A stretch of 64,000 nt of DNA from Ascidiella aspersa (lineage: Eukaryota), in the NCBI GenBank assembly GCA_963924565.1, contig OZ004610.1:25172001-25236000 (forward strand). Direction: 5' to 3'. The position numbers and the translations under genes are program-made. A model generated the notes under the pieces. The model saw only the letters and a program-made list of their open reading frames with translations. It was not told the origin of the DNA and did not search any database. Positions 37,201-49,700 of this stretch are shown piece by piece. How positions within the stretch are numbered: position 1 is the stretch's first letter; every line of letters begins with the position of its first letter.

Positions 37201-39155
37201 TTACTCTACCCAGTTTAAATGCATGCTACATTGCTACATTCTGATGTGGTAAAATTTAAGGACTGTAAAGGTAGTTTAAACCATTTCATAGCTGCACTCA
37301 AAGCCAAGCAGCCAACAGATAGATAAATAACTAAAGAAACTCAGTCCTATTTATGAAAAAAAAATTTACTTTTTAGAAATGGAAAACGCATGGATTCTTT
37401 TTTTGCCAAGTATATTTAAAGAGAATCTGGATCATTTTTTTATCATTGAAAAGGTAATGTTGTGGAATATAATTATAACAACATTAAACATTTACAATGA
37501 GCTTCACATAGGAGTCAAGAACTAATTATAGCTCCATTAATTAGTGCACTGGCCGATTTGGCCCGCAAAGTTCCAATTTTTTGACCCGCGAACTGATACT
37601 CTGCTTTGCTGTAATCTAGCACTATCGATTTTTGTTTTTTTGGTATTGTAATTGACCAAAAAACTTCGTAAATGATCCTCTGTGATTTCATAACTACCGT
37701 AGCTTTTTTTCATAAGGTTAGTATATATGCCATAGGCCAGCAGTTGTTGACCTGGTGGGCCTAGGATGGGCGCAAGCTCCAAGTTAATATTTAAATTTTT
37801 TTGCATTGATTCTAATGGTTTCGTTTAGGTTTTACACCACTCCTACAGCGGTGTAGGCTACAAAGTCTGTTTTTGCCAATACATTGAAACAGCAATTTTT
37901 TTCATGGTTCCCGAGACCGACAAAACCCTTACTATTTTCAAGTTGTCGTAGTGATATTTAATTGAAAATGCCGAATTGCTTTTTGTAGGGTGGCGAAAGG
38001 CATAGGAAAATTACCAAAGCGGGCGCGGCTGAAAAAACTTTTAAGAACGACTGTAATAGGCTATGTATCATTTGCAAGCAATAAGCCTAAGAATTGCTAC
38101 TTAAAAACATTGGCCCGCAAGATAAAAAAAATATTGTTTTTGGCCCGCGATGAAAAGAAGTTGGACCACGCTGAACTAGGGTATCAGTAAAGTTAGGCTA
38201 TTGTAAGATTTAAAATAGTGACCTTTGCCATATACTTAAACCATTATCTCTCCAAACGTAGAAACAATGTTGGTTTGACCCTTACATGAAATCTTAGGCC
38301 ATATGGTTTCAGTTAGCCACCCTAGGCTTCCGTTGTAAGGATTGGTACAAATTCTGTAAATCTTGAAAAAAGCCAATTTTCTTTTTTTAAAACTATTTCA
38401 TGTTTAACTTTATGTTTTTTAAACAAATGTTGTGTTGACCATAGCATTTTTAAAATTGTTTTCGAATAATATGTAAGTTTTGTCAACCAGTCCTTTTTAA
38501 ACTATAAAAATATCTTTAAATTTGTTTCATAAAAATGTGTGGCAGCCCTGCACGTAAGATTAATATTTGTGCCATTATCGTATGCATGTTTAAAGGCCAG
38601 AGTACACATAAACAAATTGTTTATTTGCCTAGTTGAGTGATAGAGACTTTTATTTTCTTTTTGCGGAACCTTTATATTTCGGTTAATGAAGCAAAGATCT
38701 AAATATGGACGACATCTTTTTTTCAATTTTTTGGCATACTGTCCTTATCTTGCCTTGATTACAAGGAAGGCGACTAATGTTAGCAAGATTTTCATAATTT
38801 TTTTCATTGTTTTTTATATTATGTCTTATTATTGTTGGTCAGTATTACTGTAGATGACCAAACCACAATAATAATTTTTGCTTATTTTTAACTTTCATAG
38901 GAGTCTACATCACCGTATCCGGTAATAAAAATTTGCAGTGATCAATCAATTTCTGCGCATGTAGATGCTTCTACTATATCTGTAGATGGAGACTTAATCA
39001 CTGCAGTAGCTACGGCTATTTCAGCATATTGGGTTTTTAATATTGTTATACCACATGGCTGTACAAAAACAATGGCTTTTTTATGTGGTTACATACTGCA
39101 GCTTGGCGGCGTTAAAATTCCAAGCAGTGTTTTACAGGTCATAAACAGTTTGTAG
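31228..39155 (+). CDS. EnSpm second (accessory) protein, SAMD3-like, ~486 aa, 7 exons
   Basis: Exons 31228-31745, 35429-35525, 36192-36371, 36579-36785, 36958-37084, 37377-37453, 38901-39155 (1461 nt, no stops, GT-AG). Motifs: LQSYAPEFDDWVD; YPSSYQYREVCSALVRKYPVLRD...WIKMLRTKFKDWRR; RTYSSRR...EILERY; LPSIFKE; AYWVFNIVIP...TMAFL. These resemble SAMD3-like proteins linked to animal EnSpm elements. Confidence 0.85.
31925..32373. mobile_element. hAT MITE nested in EnSpm ORF2 intron 1
   Basis: TIRs CAGTGGTTCCAAAC / GTTTGGAACCACTG; perfect 8-bp TSD CTTTAATG. Confidence 0.92.
32499..35214 (-). mobile_element. Non-autonomous LTR retroelement (~2.7 kb) nested in EnSpm ORF2 intron 1
   Basis: Direct repeats 32499-33036 and 34675-35214 with TG...CA termini; 4-bp TSD ATAC (32495-98, 35215-18). 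Minus-strand PBS-like TGATGCCCGCGAGTGAGGAACGAACC (34670-34645) resembles the complement of an elongator tRNA-Met 3' end. PPT-like AAAGGGAG at 33048-33041. No gag/pol ORF recognised. Confidence 0.88.
35610..36143. mobile_element. hAT MITE in EnSpm ORF2 intron 2, with a second MITE nested at ~35809-36034
   Basis: Ends CAGGTGTCGGGAACC / GGTTGCCGACCCCTG; TSD-like GTGTAACT / GTGTACAT. Confidence 0.7.
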
Positions 39156-39819
39156 TTTTGTAACAAAGTATATGCCAATTATCACCTTTAAAAGTTCATT
39201 CCTTAGTAAGCATATGATTAATGTTTACTTTGATTTAATTTAAATGTATTATAACTACATAAACATATTTTTGCATAGCTTCAGTAAAAGTTCTTTTCTA
39301 AACTTTTAATTTCAAAAGTTGTAGTGTTATATGTTTCCCTTTAGACCCACATTATTAGCTTTTTTCGTTTGATACTGTTGTAAAACAATATATTTTCAAC
39401 TGCTACATGTATGTTTCTATTTGTTAAATTAACCTTCGGAATAACCATCTCAGCCAAAATTCTGTGACATGTTGTTTTCAGATCTGTTCTATTTTGTTGT
39501 TAAAACTTTCTTTTCTGCAATGTTTTTTTGACACCCAAACAATATGTTATGTTAGTTTTTGGATGTTTAGAAAGAGTTTAGATTTGAACCCTGATTAAGA
39601 GTGTTGTCATCATGTTAACTATTTGTTCTTTATTTTTGCGTTTCAACTTTTTTGGAATTCTGCCATGTTTTGGTAATGTTGTAAAATATACTATACATTG
39701 TTTATGTCATTAGTATGTGTGATTATACAATTGGTGGATTGTTAAATCCACCCTGAGGTGGAAATGCGAAAATCCACAATGGTTTGTGGTGTTTTACAAT
39801 GGGGAAGATTTTCTTAAAT

Positions 39820-40189
39820 CAAGGTGGATTCGTACAATTCCTTTCCCTTCGGGGTGGATTAACATAGGGTGTAAACAGCCCTATCCGCCCTAAAGGTTAG
39901 AACGTTAAATCCACCTTTGGGTGGTTTACGGAAAATAGAACCCATGGGCATAAAAATTGATCCACTAGCGAAGGTAGAAATTTCCACCTTTTCAGTTAGC
40001 AGTGCAGGGTGGATTCGTACAATTCCTCCCCCGTTGGGGTGGATTAACATAGGGTGTAAACAGCGTTATCCGCCCTGAAGGTTAGAACGTTATATCCACC
40101 TTAGGGTGGGTTACGGAAAATAGAACCCAGGGGCATAAAAATTGATCCACTAGCGAAGGTAGAAATTTCCACCTTTTCAGTTTACAGTG
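39820..40189 (+). repeat. 185-bp tandem duplication of the EnSpm right terminus, including the TIR
   Basis: 39820-40004 and 40005-40189 are closely similar; the inner copy ends CAGTTAGCAGTG (mutated TIR), the outer ends CAGTTTACAGTG. Confidence 0.92.
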
Positions 40190-41589
40190 CACGGTGTCGG
40201 TACTGAGCTTCTGGGATTAAAGTTGGTTGTTGATTTTTTAATTCTTTGCGGCGACGCAAATGCCAAGCATCAGTATAAAAGCGAAGCTTTTGGGACCAAA
40301 TTCCGTCCACCGAACTTTATATGAACTTAATGTCAACAAAACACAAGAGACAATAGCATTAATCAAATCAAATTTAATTAACCTAAGTCATGTCTTTGTG
40401 GTGTTTTCCAATTTCGATGAAATCTTGCTGAGAACTAATAATAATACACCTAATAATAAGATCTACTGCAGTCGGCGACCCAACCTAATCAAACGTAGAC
40501 CCATTTTTAGGTAGCGACCCATAGGTTGAGAAACACTACACCAATAAGGATGTCAAACCTGCGGCCAGCCTGATGCTTACGTGCGGCCCACCACTTATTC
40601 TCAGTAGTTGTTATTAAAAACAATTGTTTCGATTATCATCAAAACGTGTAGAACGCGCAGCATTTGATGTGGGCCTCATCTCATATCTTTCTAAAACTAT
40701 AATCGAGTCTAATGTCGCATTTCAACGGCCATTGAACACTAATTGTGCTCCCCTCATCAAAGCAAGTTATGTGTTTTCTGAATGTGTGCGTTTGCGTACC
40801 GTTTTAAGAAAATATAGCTGCTCAAAGGCGTCGTACCATGGCATGATACGACAAGCAAACTCAAGTTTTCGCGTTTCGCACGATTAGATCGAGATTGACT
40901 TATATATTTGCGTTCACTCTAGAAGAGCGGGAGATTTCACTCTAGAAGAGCGGGTGTTTATAAGTTAGGTTGTTTAATGACGTCACGATATGACATAACT
41001 TATGACGTCACCCCCTTTAATTTAATATGTTTTGCGGCCAATAAAAATTTTTAAAATGGCAATGCGGCCCATTGTGCTAAAATTTGGTCATCCCTGCCCT
41101 ACACTTAGACGTGCTGTGCAGTTTAATAAATGTTCTCTATTTGAATTTTTTATTCCGATGGTTAACGAGTGCACTGAAAACTGACAAATTTTGTTTAATA
41201 AAATCACGTTTGCTTGAAGAATGAGGTTTAAACCTTTACAGTAATCTATATGGCCGTCCGTAAGAGTGATATAGAATAAAAAGGCGTCAAAAAAATTCAA
41301 AAAAACAAGACACTCGTAATTTTTAGAAAAAAAACGAAAAATACACGATAAAGTATTTTGAATAAAAAATGAATATTAATATTCTTGCAGCTAGCATTGG
41401 AATTCTCTGTTTGTAAAAACGCCCTTTTCAGGCCTTTTTTCACGGGGCTATATAATCGTCGTCAAAAAGTTTAGACACCCTTAATATGCAATCCATTAAG
41501 GCATGGGGACTTATTCCTCGGCATAGAGTTAATTGCTACTCCAGTTTGTTATACAACTCCAGTTTTAATTTGACCAATTTAGCGCTTTG

Positions 41590-41875
41590 AATCGCGTTGG
41601 ACCGGTCAAACTAGGGCGTCCAATCATCTCACCAAAACAGCCGATGCCAGACCCCCGATGGCCCAATACGCTCTCCCTACAGTCTTTGGCATTATTTTGG
41701 CCATTTAGGCCTATACGGAGTATTTTAGGACGTATTCCGCAGATTTAGGTCTTATTCAAACGATTTCGATCTTATTCTGTACTGTACAATACATATTACT
41801 GCGTATTTGGCTATAATACGTCGTTGGTTTTAACACTATGGTTTTATAAATTTTTCTGCTTTAGGTATTGTTGCT
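41590..41875 (-). repeat. Interspersed repeat, inverted relative to ~19860-20150 and ~46706-46830
   Basis: Reverse-complement similarity, e.g. GGTCAAACTAGGGCGTCCAA vs TTGAACGCCCTAGTTTGACC and TTTAGGACGTATTCCGCAGATTTAGG vs CCTAAATCTGCAGAATACGTCCTAAA. Confidence 0.75.
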
Positions 41876-41884
41876 TTTTAGGTC

Positions 41885-42500
41885 TTATTGTGTGTTCCCG
41901 TTTGCTCCTTTTATTTTAACGCTGTGTTTAATAGACTCCCAATGGATTACAGCTTTAAGAGCATCCCACCGAATGTTTGAATTCACGTCATGTTTAGGAT
42001 TATTGCGGGTCACATAATCTTGTATTGTGCGCTTCGTGCTTTTTATGTATTCGTCATTTAACAAGAAATTTGTGTTTAGTTTCCAGTATCCTCTGCCACT
42101 AGGATAACTCGAAACTGTCAACTAAATTGTTAATATTTTATGATCTTATTTAATGGCTTGTGTGATGTTTGCGAAACTTAGGTAAATTAAAAATGACTTC
42201 GATAGCAAAAAGAAATTAATACGCGTGGCGGTCAAGGGGTTGATCTGAACCCGTAAGTATTGGCGGGTCTTTGGGTGCAAATGTCGAAACGCATCACATG
42301 ACTTGTAAGATTATATGTGCGATAAAACTCTGGCACGAGAGTTTCTGTTTAAATGAAAGGGACCCTGGTTTTTATCCATATATTACCTGCAACATAGCAT
42401 TGAAATCACCTCCCAAAATTAACTCCGAGTTGTCATTAAATTCTAGTTAATAGTCAAAAAAACATGGTCGTTGTTTGAGGCAAACACGTTGTACAATGGT
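41885..42500 (-). mobile_element. Degenerate L1/Tx1-clade LINE ORF2 fragment (APE endonuclease end and linker)
   Basis: Minus-strand pieces ILGGDFN, TRINFFL and GRGYWKLNTNFLLNDEYIK...IRWDALKAVI, with stops and frameshifts. Confidence 0.85.
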
Positions 42501-43707
42501 GCAAAGTTTACCGAAAACTGAAAAAAATCAAGTCTCTGTGAAAATAAACTTGCACAGTTACAATAACCTACTGCACTACAACGAATAAGTTCAATGCCGA
42601 ATCACTAGGAAATATGATGCTACAAATACAATTGAACGTATTGGAGCACCTCGTTGCTAATAAGAAATGAATGTTTCTAAAAAAACATTTAAATATGCAT
42701 GTTACTGATAATTGCGATTAGTTTTTTTTAGAAGATGTTAAAATATGCAAGTTTACTAGCCTAAATTTAAAAATAACACCATCTCAAAAACTAGAGCCAA
42801 TTCGAGAGAACGAATGTAATATTTGGATTCAGTAGCCCAGAAACATTCAAGAATTCTTGTAATATTTTTTGTATTGAACAAAAATTATTTTGGTTGGTCA
42901 GTGTTTCAATTCTTGATTTGTAACCGTTGATCAGCTACAGAATAAAATAGATTCGGACTTTGCCCCTCCCGCCTTTTTATTGGCAAGATGGCTTTTGAAT
43001 TCTTAGTGAAATCTCGCCGACCTAACCGCGACGATCGACAGATGCATCTTGTTAGCATTAAGTGGTATTTTACCCCTGACGTGTTAAAATGATTGGGAGA
43101 AGTGGCGCTTTTGGCGAAATTCACTTAGTTTACAGCAATGTAAAAAAAATATGTACGTTACTGCATATTTGGAAGAGTTATATCTATATATCATAACATT
43201 ATTTTGTCATATAGAAATAAATGTTTATAGGAATAAGTGACAGGCCAGTATTCTTAAGTGGACGACAGTTAAAATTACTCTAGCAAGCCCTTTTAACGGG
43301 TGATATGCTGCATAAGCGTCAGCGTTTTGTATATAATGTTGGTTTTGTGGTCAGCAGTATAATCCTATGGTAAAAAATAATGTGCAAGAAAAACATTTCA
43401 TCTTAAACCGGTAAAAACAGAACCAGTTTCGGCAAAGGGTTTTTGAGATAGGTAATGTAAACACGACATAAGTTTGTAGATAATATAAACACTTTACAAT
43501 ATGAATTAGGTCGCAAAAAATGCTATGCGAAGCTACTTGTTTGCTTTCATGTAAAATCATTTTGAAATCTAACTTTATTTTTCAGCGCAGAACAAATTCT
43601 CCAGCTTTAAAATTTATAATTATCCAACTTGAAGAATTTATTAGTATATAACTATTTGAAAAACTCTTAATCAGTATTTCATTTCTGAATCGTGGAAACG
43701 TCCAGAA

Positions 43708-44664
43708 ATGCTGAAAGGCAACGTGTTCGGTAATTTTTCTCGACTAGGTCCACCCGAATTATTCGCAGCAGCGCAGGTCTTAAACGTTATTGAAATTATC
43801 GGCCTGATTTGGCTCGTCAGCAGCTTCGTGGTTTACGGAATACGCAGCGGAAAATGGAAAAAGGCTGGGAACTCTTCGGAAGAGTTGAAGGTCAACCATC
43901 GACCGATTTACTTTGTCAGCCTTTCAACGCTTGTTTTCGGCCTAATAGGTTTGGTTTCTGACCAAGTTGTTCTCAACATAGAACATGGCGTTGGGCAAGA
44001 GGCTTACTGCAAGATTGCCACCATTTTTGGCATTATTTGTTTGCTATATTTCTTTTTATGTTATTACTTGCTTTTATGGCTGAGACTCCATTACCTGTAT
44101 GCGAATATATCCATTATACAGGACATCAGCCCGCTGTTGAAAATTTTCAAATGGCTGATGCTGTTGTTGTACCTTTTTAGTTCCTTCGCGATTCAGTTTT
44201 TTTACGCGTACGTTCATGCGACCGAAGATTCTGGAACTGGCTGTACCGACGACGGCCCGGTTTTGGTTCCCCGTTGGCCGGTGTATTTGCTGGTCAGTGT
44301 AATGTGGGTGGCACGGGCAACGTTGATTTTCCAGTTTCTCTTTCCGCTGCGCTCTCATTTGCGAGGCAGACACGCGAAAGAGATTTTGCGGATCGCCAAA
44401 CGTTTAGCAGCGATCACATCTTGCGGTTTAGTTTTCGACTTGGCTGTTTTGTTGGTCATAAAGTTGCATCGTGACGAAGCGGCGCATCTTTTCATCTTAA
44501 TTTTCGGTATCGACGTGTGTCTCCACGTGCTCTTCGTTGTGCTCTCTTTTGAAAATTGGACGGAAGTAGTCGCTTTGAGCAACTGGGTCAAAAGAACCCG
44601 CCCGCGCGACTCTGGCCCTGCGCAAGCTGCTACAGTTGAAGCAGTAAGCACGACGAACATTTAA
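43708..44664 (+). CDS. Intronless seven-transmembrane GPCR-like protein, 318 aa
   Basis: Single ORF with about 7 hydrophobic segments; Cys before TM3 (AYCK) and in ECL2 (GTGCT); LLWLRLHYLY at the end of TM3; no canonical DRY/NPxxY. Confidence 0.85.
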   Translation: MLKGNVFGNFSRLGPPELFAAAQVLNVIEIIGLIWLVSSFVVYGIRSGKWKKAGNSSEELKVNHRPIYFVSLSTLVFGLIGLVSDQVVLNIEHGVGQEAYCKIATIFGIICLLYFFLCYYLLLWLRLHYLYANISIIQDISPLLKIFKWLMLLLYLFSSFAIQFFYAYVHATEDSGTGCTDDGPVLVPRWPVYLLVSVMWVARATLIFQFLFPLRSHLRGRHAKEILRIAKRLAAITSCGLVFDLAVLLVIKLHRDEAAHLFILIFGIDVCLHVLFVVLSFENWTEVVALSNWVKRTRPRDSGPAQAATVEAVSTTNI

Positions 44665-46705
44665 AGCTGTTTTTCGATCTTTTGAGCGGTGCTCGAAATA
44701 CTAAGCACAGTTTTAACGGCGAGGCGTTGGCCACCCAACTCTCTCGACTAAACTTTTTGCAAGCTTGAAGTAAACAACACCCCAATCAGCCAATCGCATT
44801 AATAGGTTTGACTTTTAATTTATACGAACTATGTTTTCGTATTGCTTCTTTATCTTTCTCTAACTTTGGAGCAATTTTGCTTAAAAATAATCTTAATAAA
44901 TCTTACCTTGTAAACCAGTGATTACCAACATTTTATGACTTGGCTTAATATTACTGTATATCTCTCGGCACCCTTGGGCATTATAAATGGCACCCCAGCA
45001 AGGTGCCGAGGCACCCCGGTTTGGAACCACTGAATGGCGTGGGACACACAAATTTAAGTAGCAAACCATATAGCTTGAAATGACCTAATTTCAATGATAT
45101 GGCGGTGCATTGATAAGGAACCTGAGTTATCATATCGTTCTGTTGTTATATTTTTAATATTTGCACATTTAGAAGTAAAATGTGGCCTAATGTTATTGTG
45201 GAATAGCTTAGGTCGCTGCACCCTTTGGTAATTTGTGTTGCCAAAAACATTCCACCCATAATTCGTGGTTGTTGTTTTTTTCGCTTTTTTTACCGACTGC
45301 TCCTATTGTCCGCAAATGTGGTTTAGTGATAATTAAATAATGTTTATTTATCTTTGGTAGTTTGTTGATTCAATGTTGCCGTATAACCTTGAAATATCAT
45401 TTCTCAATAATTCGACATTTACATGACATGTTTTTATTATGCCACAGCCTTGACGTTTCCTAATGACCAAGAATCAGAAAACGGTTTAACCACATAATGA
45501 TTTACTGTGGTTGAAAGACCTTTAATCTCGCATTTAGTATTTTAATATTTTATTAAACTCGGCGTTAAACAGTAACGTGTTGTCTGTCAACAAACTGTCT
45601 TTCGGTTTAAACCAGAAGGCAAGTAAATTTTTAACAGTTCACTTTTTGACAATAAAAACTGCCATGAATTGCATGTGGTTAAGTTATAAGTAATCTTCCA
45701 TGTTATATGCATATAACACACGCTCAAATTTCAAAATGTGAATGCTGACGATCTAAAAGTGTTTTTCCTTAATAAAAATGTCTAACGCTGCAAAAAGGTG
45801 TGATAATACATATTCAGAGAAACTGAAAATAATTAACTCTTACCTATAGTTGATATTTAAGGAAATATATATGTCTTCTTAGGAGGATTTCTTCTAGTTT
45901 ATGATGAAAAACGAACAATCCTCCGAGGACACTAAAAATACATCAAGGTCCTCCAATTGCAAATTGCATTTTTCATATTTTTAACAGAATTTTACGTGAC
46001 TTTTCGGCGACAGAATAAGTTTGAATCTTATCGATGTTTTATAAATATTGAAAATAAAAAGGGGGAAACCCCAAATAAAATATTCCTGGTGAAAAAATTT
46101 TTTTTTGGATTTTATGCTGGTATACTTGCAACATGCGTGTACCCGAAAAAGAAGATTTATCTATTAAAGTAAAACTCCGTTTGACTTCTCCTCTTGTGGA
46201 GCGAAATTGTCGTCTTTTTGGGCGATGGAAATATGTTTGGCCTATGAAAAACGAATCGAAATTATTCGTAGCATGAAAACTCTCTAAAATGACAGTTTCT
46301 CCAACTTAATCTATATAATGTTTTATTTTCTGTATTCTGTGTTTTATGATAAACATATAAAAACAAAAGTATAAGAAACATGTGTTTTATTTTGTGTGTA
46401 CGCAATGAATCACGTCTTCTTGTGAAATAAAAGGTTTGGCGATATAAACCAAACAATCGCATTTTTTTCGCGCTTTGCTACTTTTTTAGTACAAATTAGA
46501 CTGATTTTGGATTGCATAAAACATTTAGGTCCGACCAGAGGCGTAGCTAAGGCTCTCGGGCGCAAAATACTGTGGGTAGGCTACACCTCTGGATCCGACC
46601 CCCACACGTTTCTATAACAAATTGTTAGTGGAAATTTATTACGGCCCGCCGAGAACTTGTCGAGTTTGGTTTGGCCCACGACTAGCAAACTTCTGCCGAC
46701 TCCTG

Positions 46706-49700
46706 GTCTAAATGGCCAAAATAACGCCTAAAATTTTAGGTAGGTAGAGGGTATTGCGCGATCGGGGGCCGTCGGTCTGGCATCGGCCGTTTTGGTGACG
46801 ACGTTTGGACGCCCTAGTTTGACCGATGCCGTTAGTGTACCGGCGTCGGATTTATAATTCTGTTTGGGGTTATTGTTGGGTAATGGGTGAGGTTGAAATT
46901 ATTAAAGGAGTTAGTGATGTACTTAAGGGTTGGGTTTGGAGTTAGGTAAAAGGTCAACCATAATGTATTAGTCCTACTTGGGTTTATTCCGAACTGCGTT
47001 TTATTCCGACTCTGATGTTCTTATCTCAGTCTTATGGCCATTTTTGTGGTATTAAAATAATTTGATAGAATACCTCCACTGGAAAAATTGCATTTAACTG
47101 GTTTTAACTAGTACCTTATCGCAAATTCCTGATAAAAATGTATTTTTCTTTAAAATATTTGTTTTTTGGGTTTTTTTTCAGTTACTGAATATTTTTTTTA
47201 TAAATAATAATTGCACACTAAATTGTTGAGTAACTTAGTAAACCAAGTGGTCTACGAACTCGAACAATGTCTATAAGTTTAAAAAATTTGCAATGGGCCC
47301 TCAGGATTACAGTACTTTAAGCCTAAGGGACTATAAATATCAGTAACAATAATCTAATTTAATTTCATGTTGTTATATATAATAGGAATGGATTAAAAGT
47401 ATTTTATACATTTTGTATTGCACTTGATTTATAACTGGTTTCTTTTACGCTTTTCAATTTATTCAAATATATTATTAAAAAATGATATAGAAAAAACAGA
47501 TCAAGTACAATTTGACTGTTATTTAAGTTACAATTACAAGTCAGAGTTCATAAACGGTATTATGAGGTCATGAATGCCATCAACTAATGATACCAAAAAA
47601 TGGAATTTTTTTATAATTTATTTGGGAAATGCGATTAAGAAAGGAAAGCAATTTCGTTGAAATATTATACATTTTACGTTAAAGTGTTCTAATATATCAT
47701 TGCAATTTTTACCATTTTGCATTAAAATGGGTTTTTGGATTGATTGCGGAGATATGATTGATTTGCGGAATTCTGTCAGCACAAGTGGCTGGAGTGACCC
47801 TAGATTTCAGCAGGTAAGCAATAAATATGGATTACTTTTGAGTGGTAGTGTATTTTGTTCGGCCGATAAAAATACTGTTTTGCATATTCTAAAAATGTTA
47901 TGTTTTTATTTGGCAATGGTTGCTTAATATCCAACGGTTAAAAGTAATATACAATTCGGCAAGCGCCATTTGCGCTTTCGTTTTGCTTAAACCGTATCTT
48001 AAGCAACGCCTAATTTTATTTGTAAAACATTTTCAGGATACAGTAGGCCTAAAGTGTTTTCACAGAGGCTTTGCTTGTTGTGAAACCGACATAGGACTAT
48101 TAAGTGATATTGGATCTGGCAAATAATTCCAACAGATTAATTTCGCTGTATCAAACCAAATAGTGAACGCAAATGAAATTATCCGAGATTTTATTTAAGA
48201 AGATGCTATATAGCCTTGTTTAAAAGATAACATTTCTATACATTTGCAGTTACTTTGCGGCAGTTTACGAGATTCTTCAACAGGAAGTGCAACCCTGTCA
48301 CGCCCCTCAACACAGACCTGAATGTTTAGCTTTAGATTTCACCCGAATAGCTTGGACTTTCCCTTCTCACCTGTGTTTGGTCCTGCACACATTCTCACCT
48401 GTTGGTTATTGGATTTGGCAACAATTCGACTTCAAGTGAAGGTGATCTTACTGAGCATTGCCCATTCTAAATCAACACTTTTAAATTTTCTTTTGCCCTA
48501 CCAGATGCCTCAACCGTATGATTGACTTAGGCCATGCCATTTTAGTGGAATAATTATTCTAAATGAGTTCATTGATCTTGAACTTGAAAACTTTTGCGCA
48601 TTTTTTTTAATGTATCGCTATAATTTCTCAAATTTTATGTGCTTGCATTGTTTGGTGTACCGGGGTCTATCGCCGTTCTTGGCAGCTTTGTTTTTTTAAA
48701 TTTTTCTACTTTAAAATATTAAAATTGTAATAATTTGCTCTGAATGAATTGTGAATGGTTTGTATTTAGATGAAAAAATTAAAAAAAAATCGCTACTAAA
48801 TCCAACAACCTTAATTTTCACTACATTTAAAACATTCGGCCGAAATCGGATTGTAAAACTTAAGCTAACTATAGGCTATGCTAATCATAAAAGCTAAAAA
48901 AAAATACGAAGGATTAAAAACACACAGCAATGCTCACTTTTAGTTAGCCCCGGTTCTCAGCTTTTTTATTTTGCGATGCTCTTAACAAATAAATAAATGA
49001 TACTGTCGGCAGAGTTTTTCACAAAACAAAGTTCAATAAATTATAGGCTACTCTGTGAACTTTAACGTTATGGGCGTGATTTGTTGGTGAACAAATAAAA
49101 TGGAAACGAGGTTTAGTGGTTATAGGCAACCAATACTTTAAAGTGGTCTGGTTTGTCTTTATTACAACGCATCGATGTATAACAGGCATTTAGATAAATA
49201 CCTTAATATTACGATTTTTTAACGAAGATTTTGCACTATAAGCTACTCATGTCAAACATTGAATACAGGCCGATTTAATGTGTCAAAGAGAGATTGTAAC
49301 TGTACGGCAGTTACATTAATGTTTTGCTTGTATTAATTTGCCACAAGATTTTTGAGTCTTTGCGTGCCCCTACTGTAGGTTGTAATTGTAAGGCACTGGG
49401 TTAACTCATTCCCTACAAAATATTTTGAACCCTAATGCAAAATTTGTAGCCACTTGAAATAATAAAGACCATTTTTGCTTTAAAAAAAGTTGATTACATA
49501 TTTGCATAAATCTGGAAAACATTTTAATACAATTTGACATGTAGTTCAACCTGATTTCCAGATTTAGAGTTAGACAAATACTGCTACCACGAAAGATTAA
49601 TATATTTAAAAAAAAAATAAGAAAAAGGGTAATATTGCAAGAAACGAGAACCTTTACCCAGAACCTCGCTTTGCTCATCTGCTAGGCTTTTTAGTAATTT

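Larger units (their letters stand above)
25758..40189 (+). mobile_element. Full-length CACTA/EnSpm (CMC superfamily) DNA transposon, 14,432 bp
   Basis: Perfect 22-bp TIR CACTGTAAACTGAAAAGGTGGA / TCCACCTTTTCAGTTTACAGTG. 2-bp TSD CA (25756-57, 40190-91) confirmed by the paralogous empty site CACCGCACGGTG at ~50759-50770. GGTGGA/TCCACC subterminal repeats at both ends; transposase and second gene inside. Confidence 0.95.

Noticed and set aside
47410-47440. TATTGCACTTG, the 5' part of miR-92, notable because vertebrate GPC3/5 neighbour miR-17/92 clusters
   Set aside because: The match stops after 11 nt, no hairpin is evident, and the paralogous site in copy A is not conserved.
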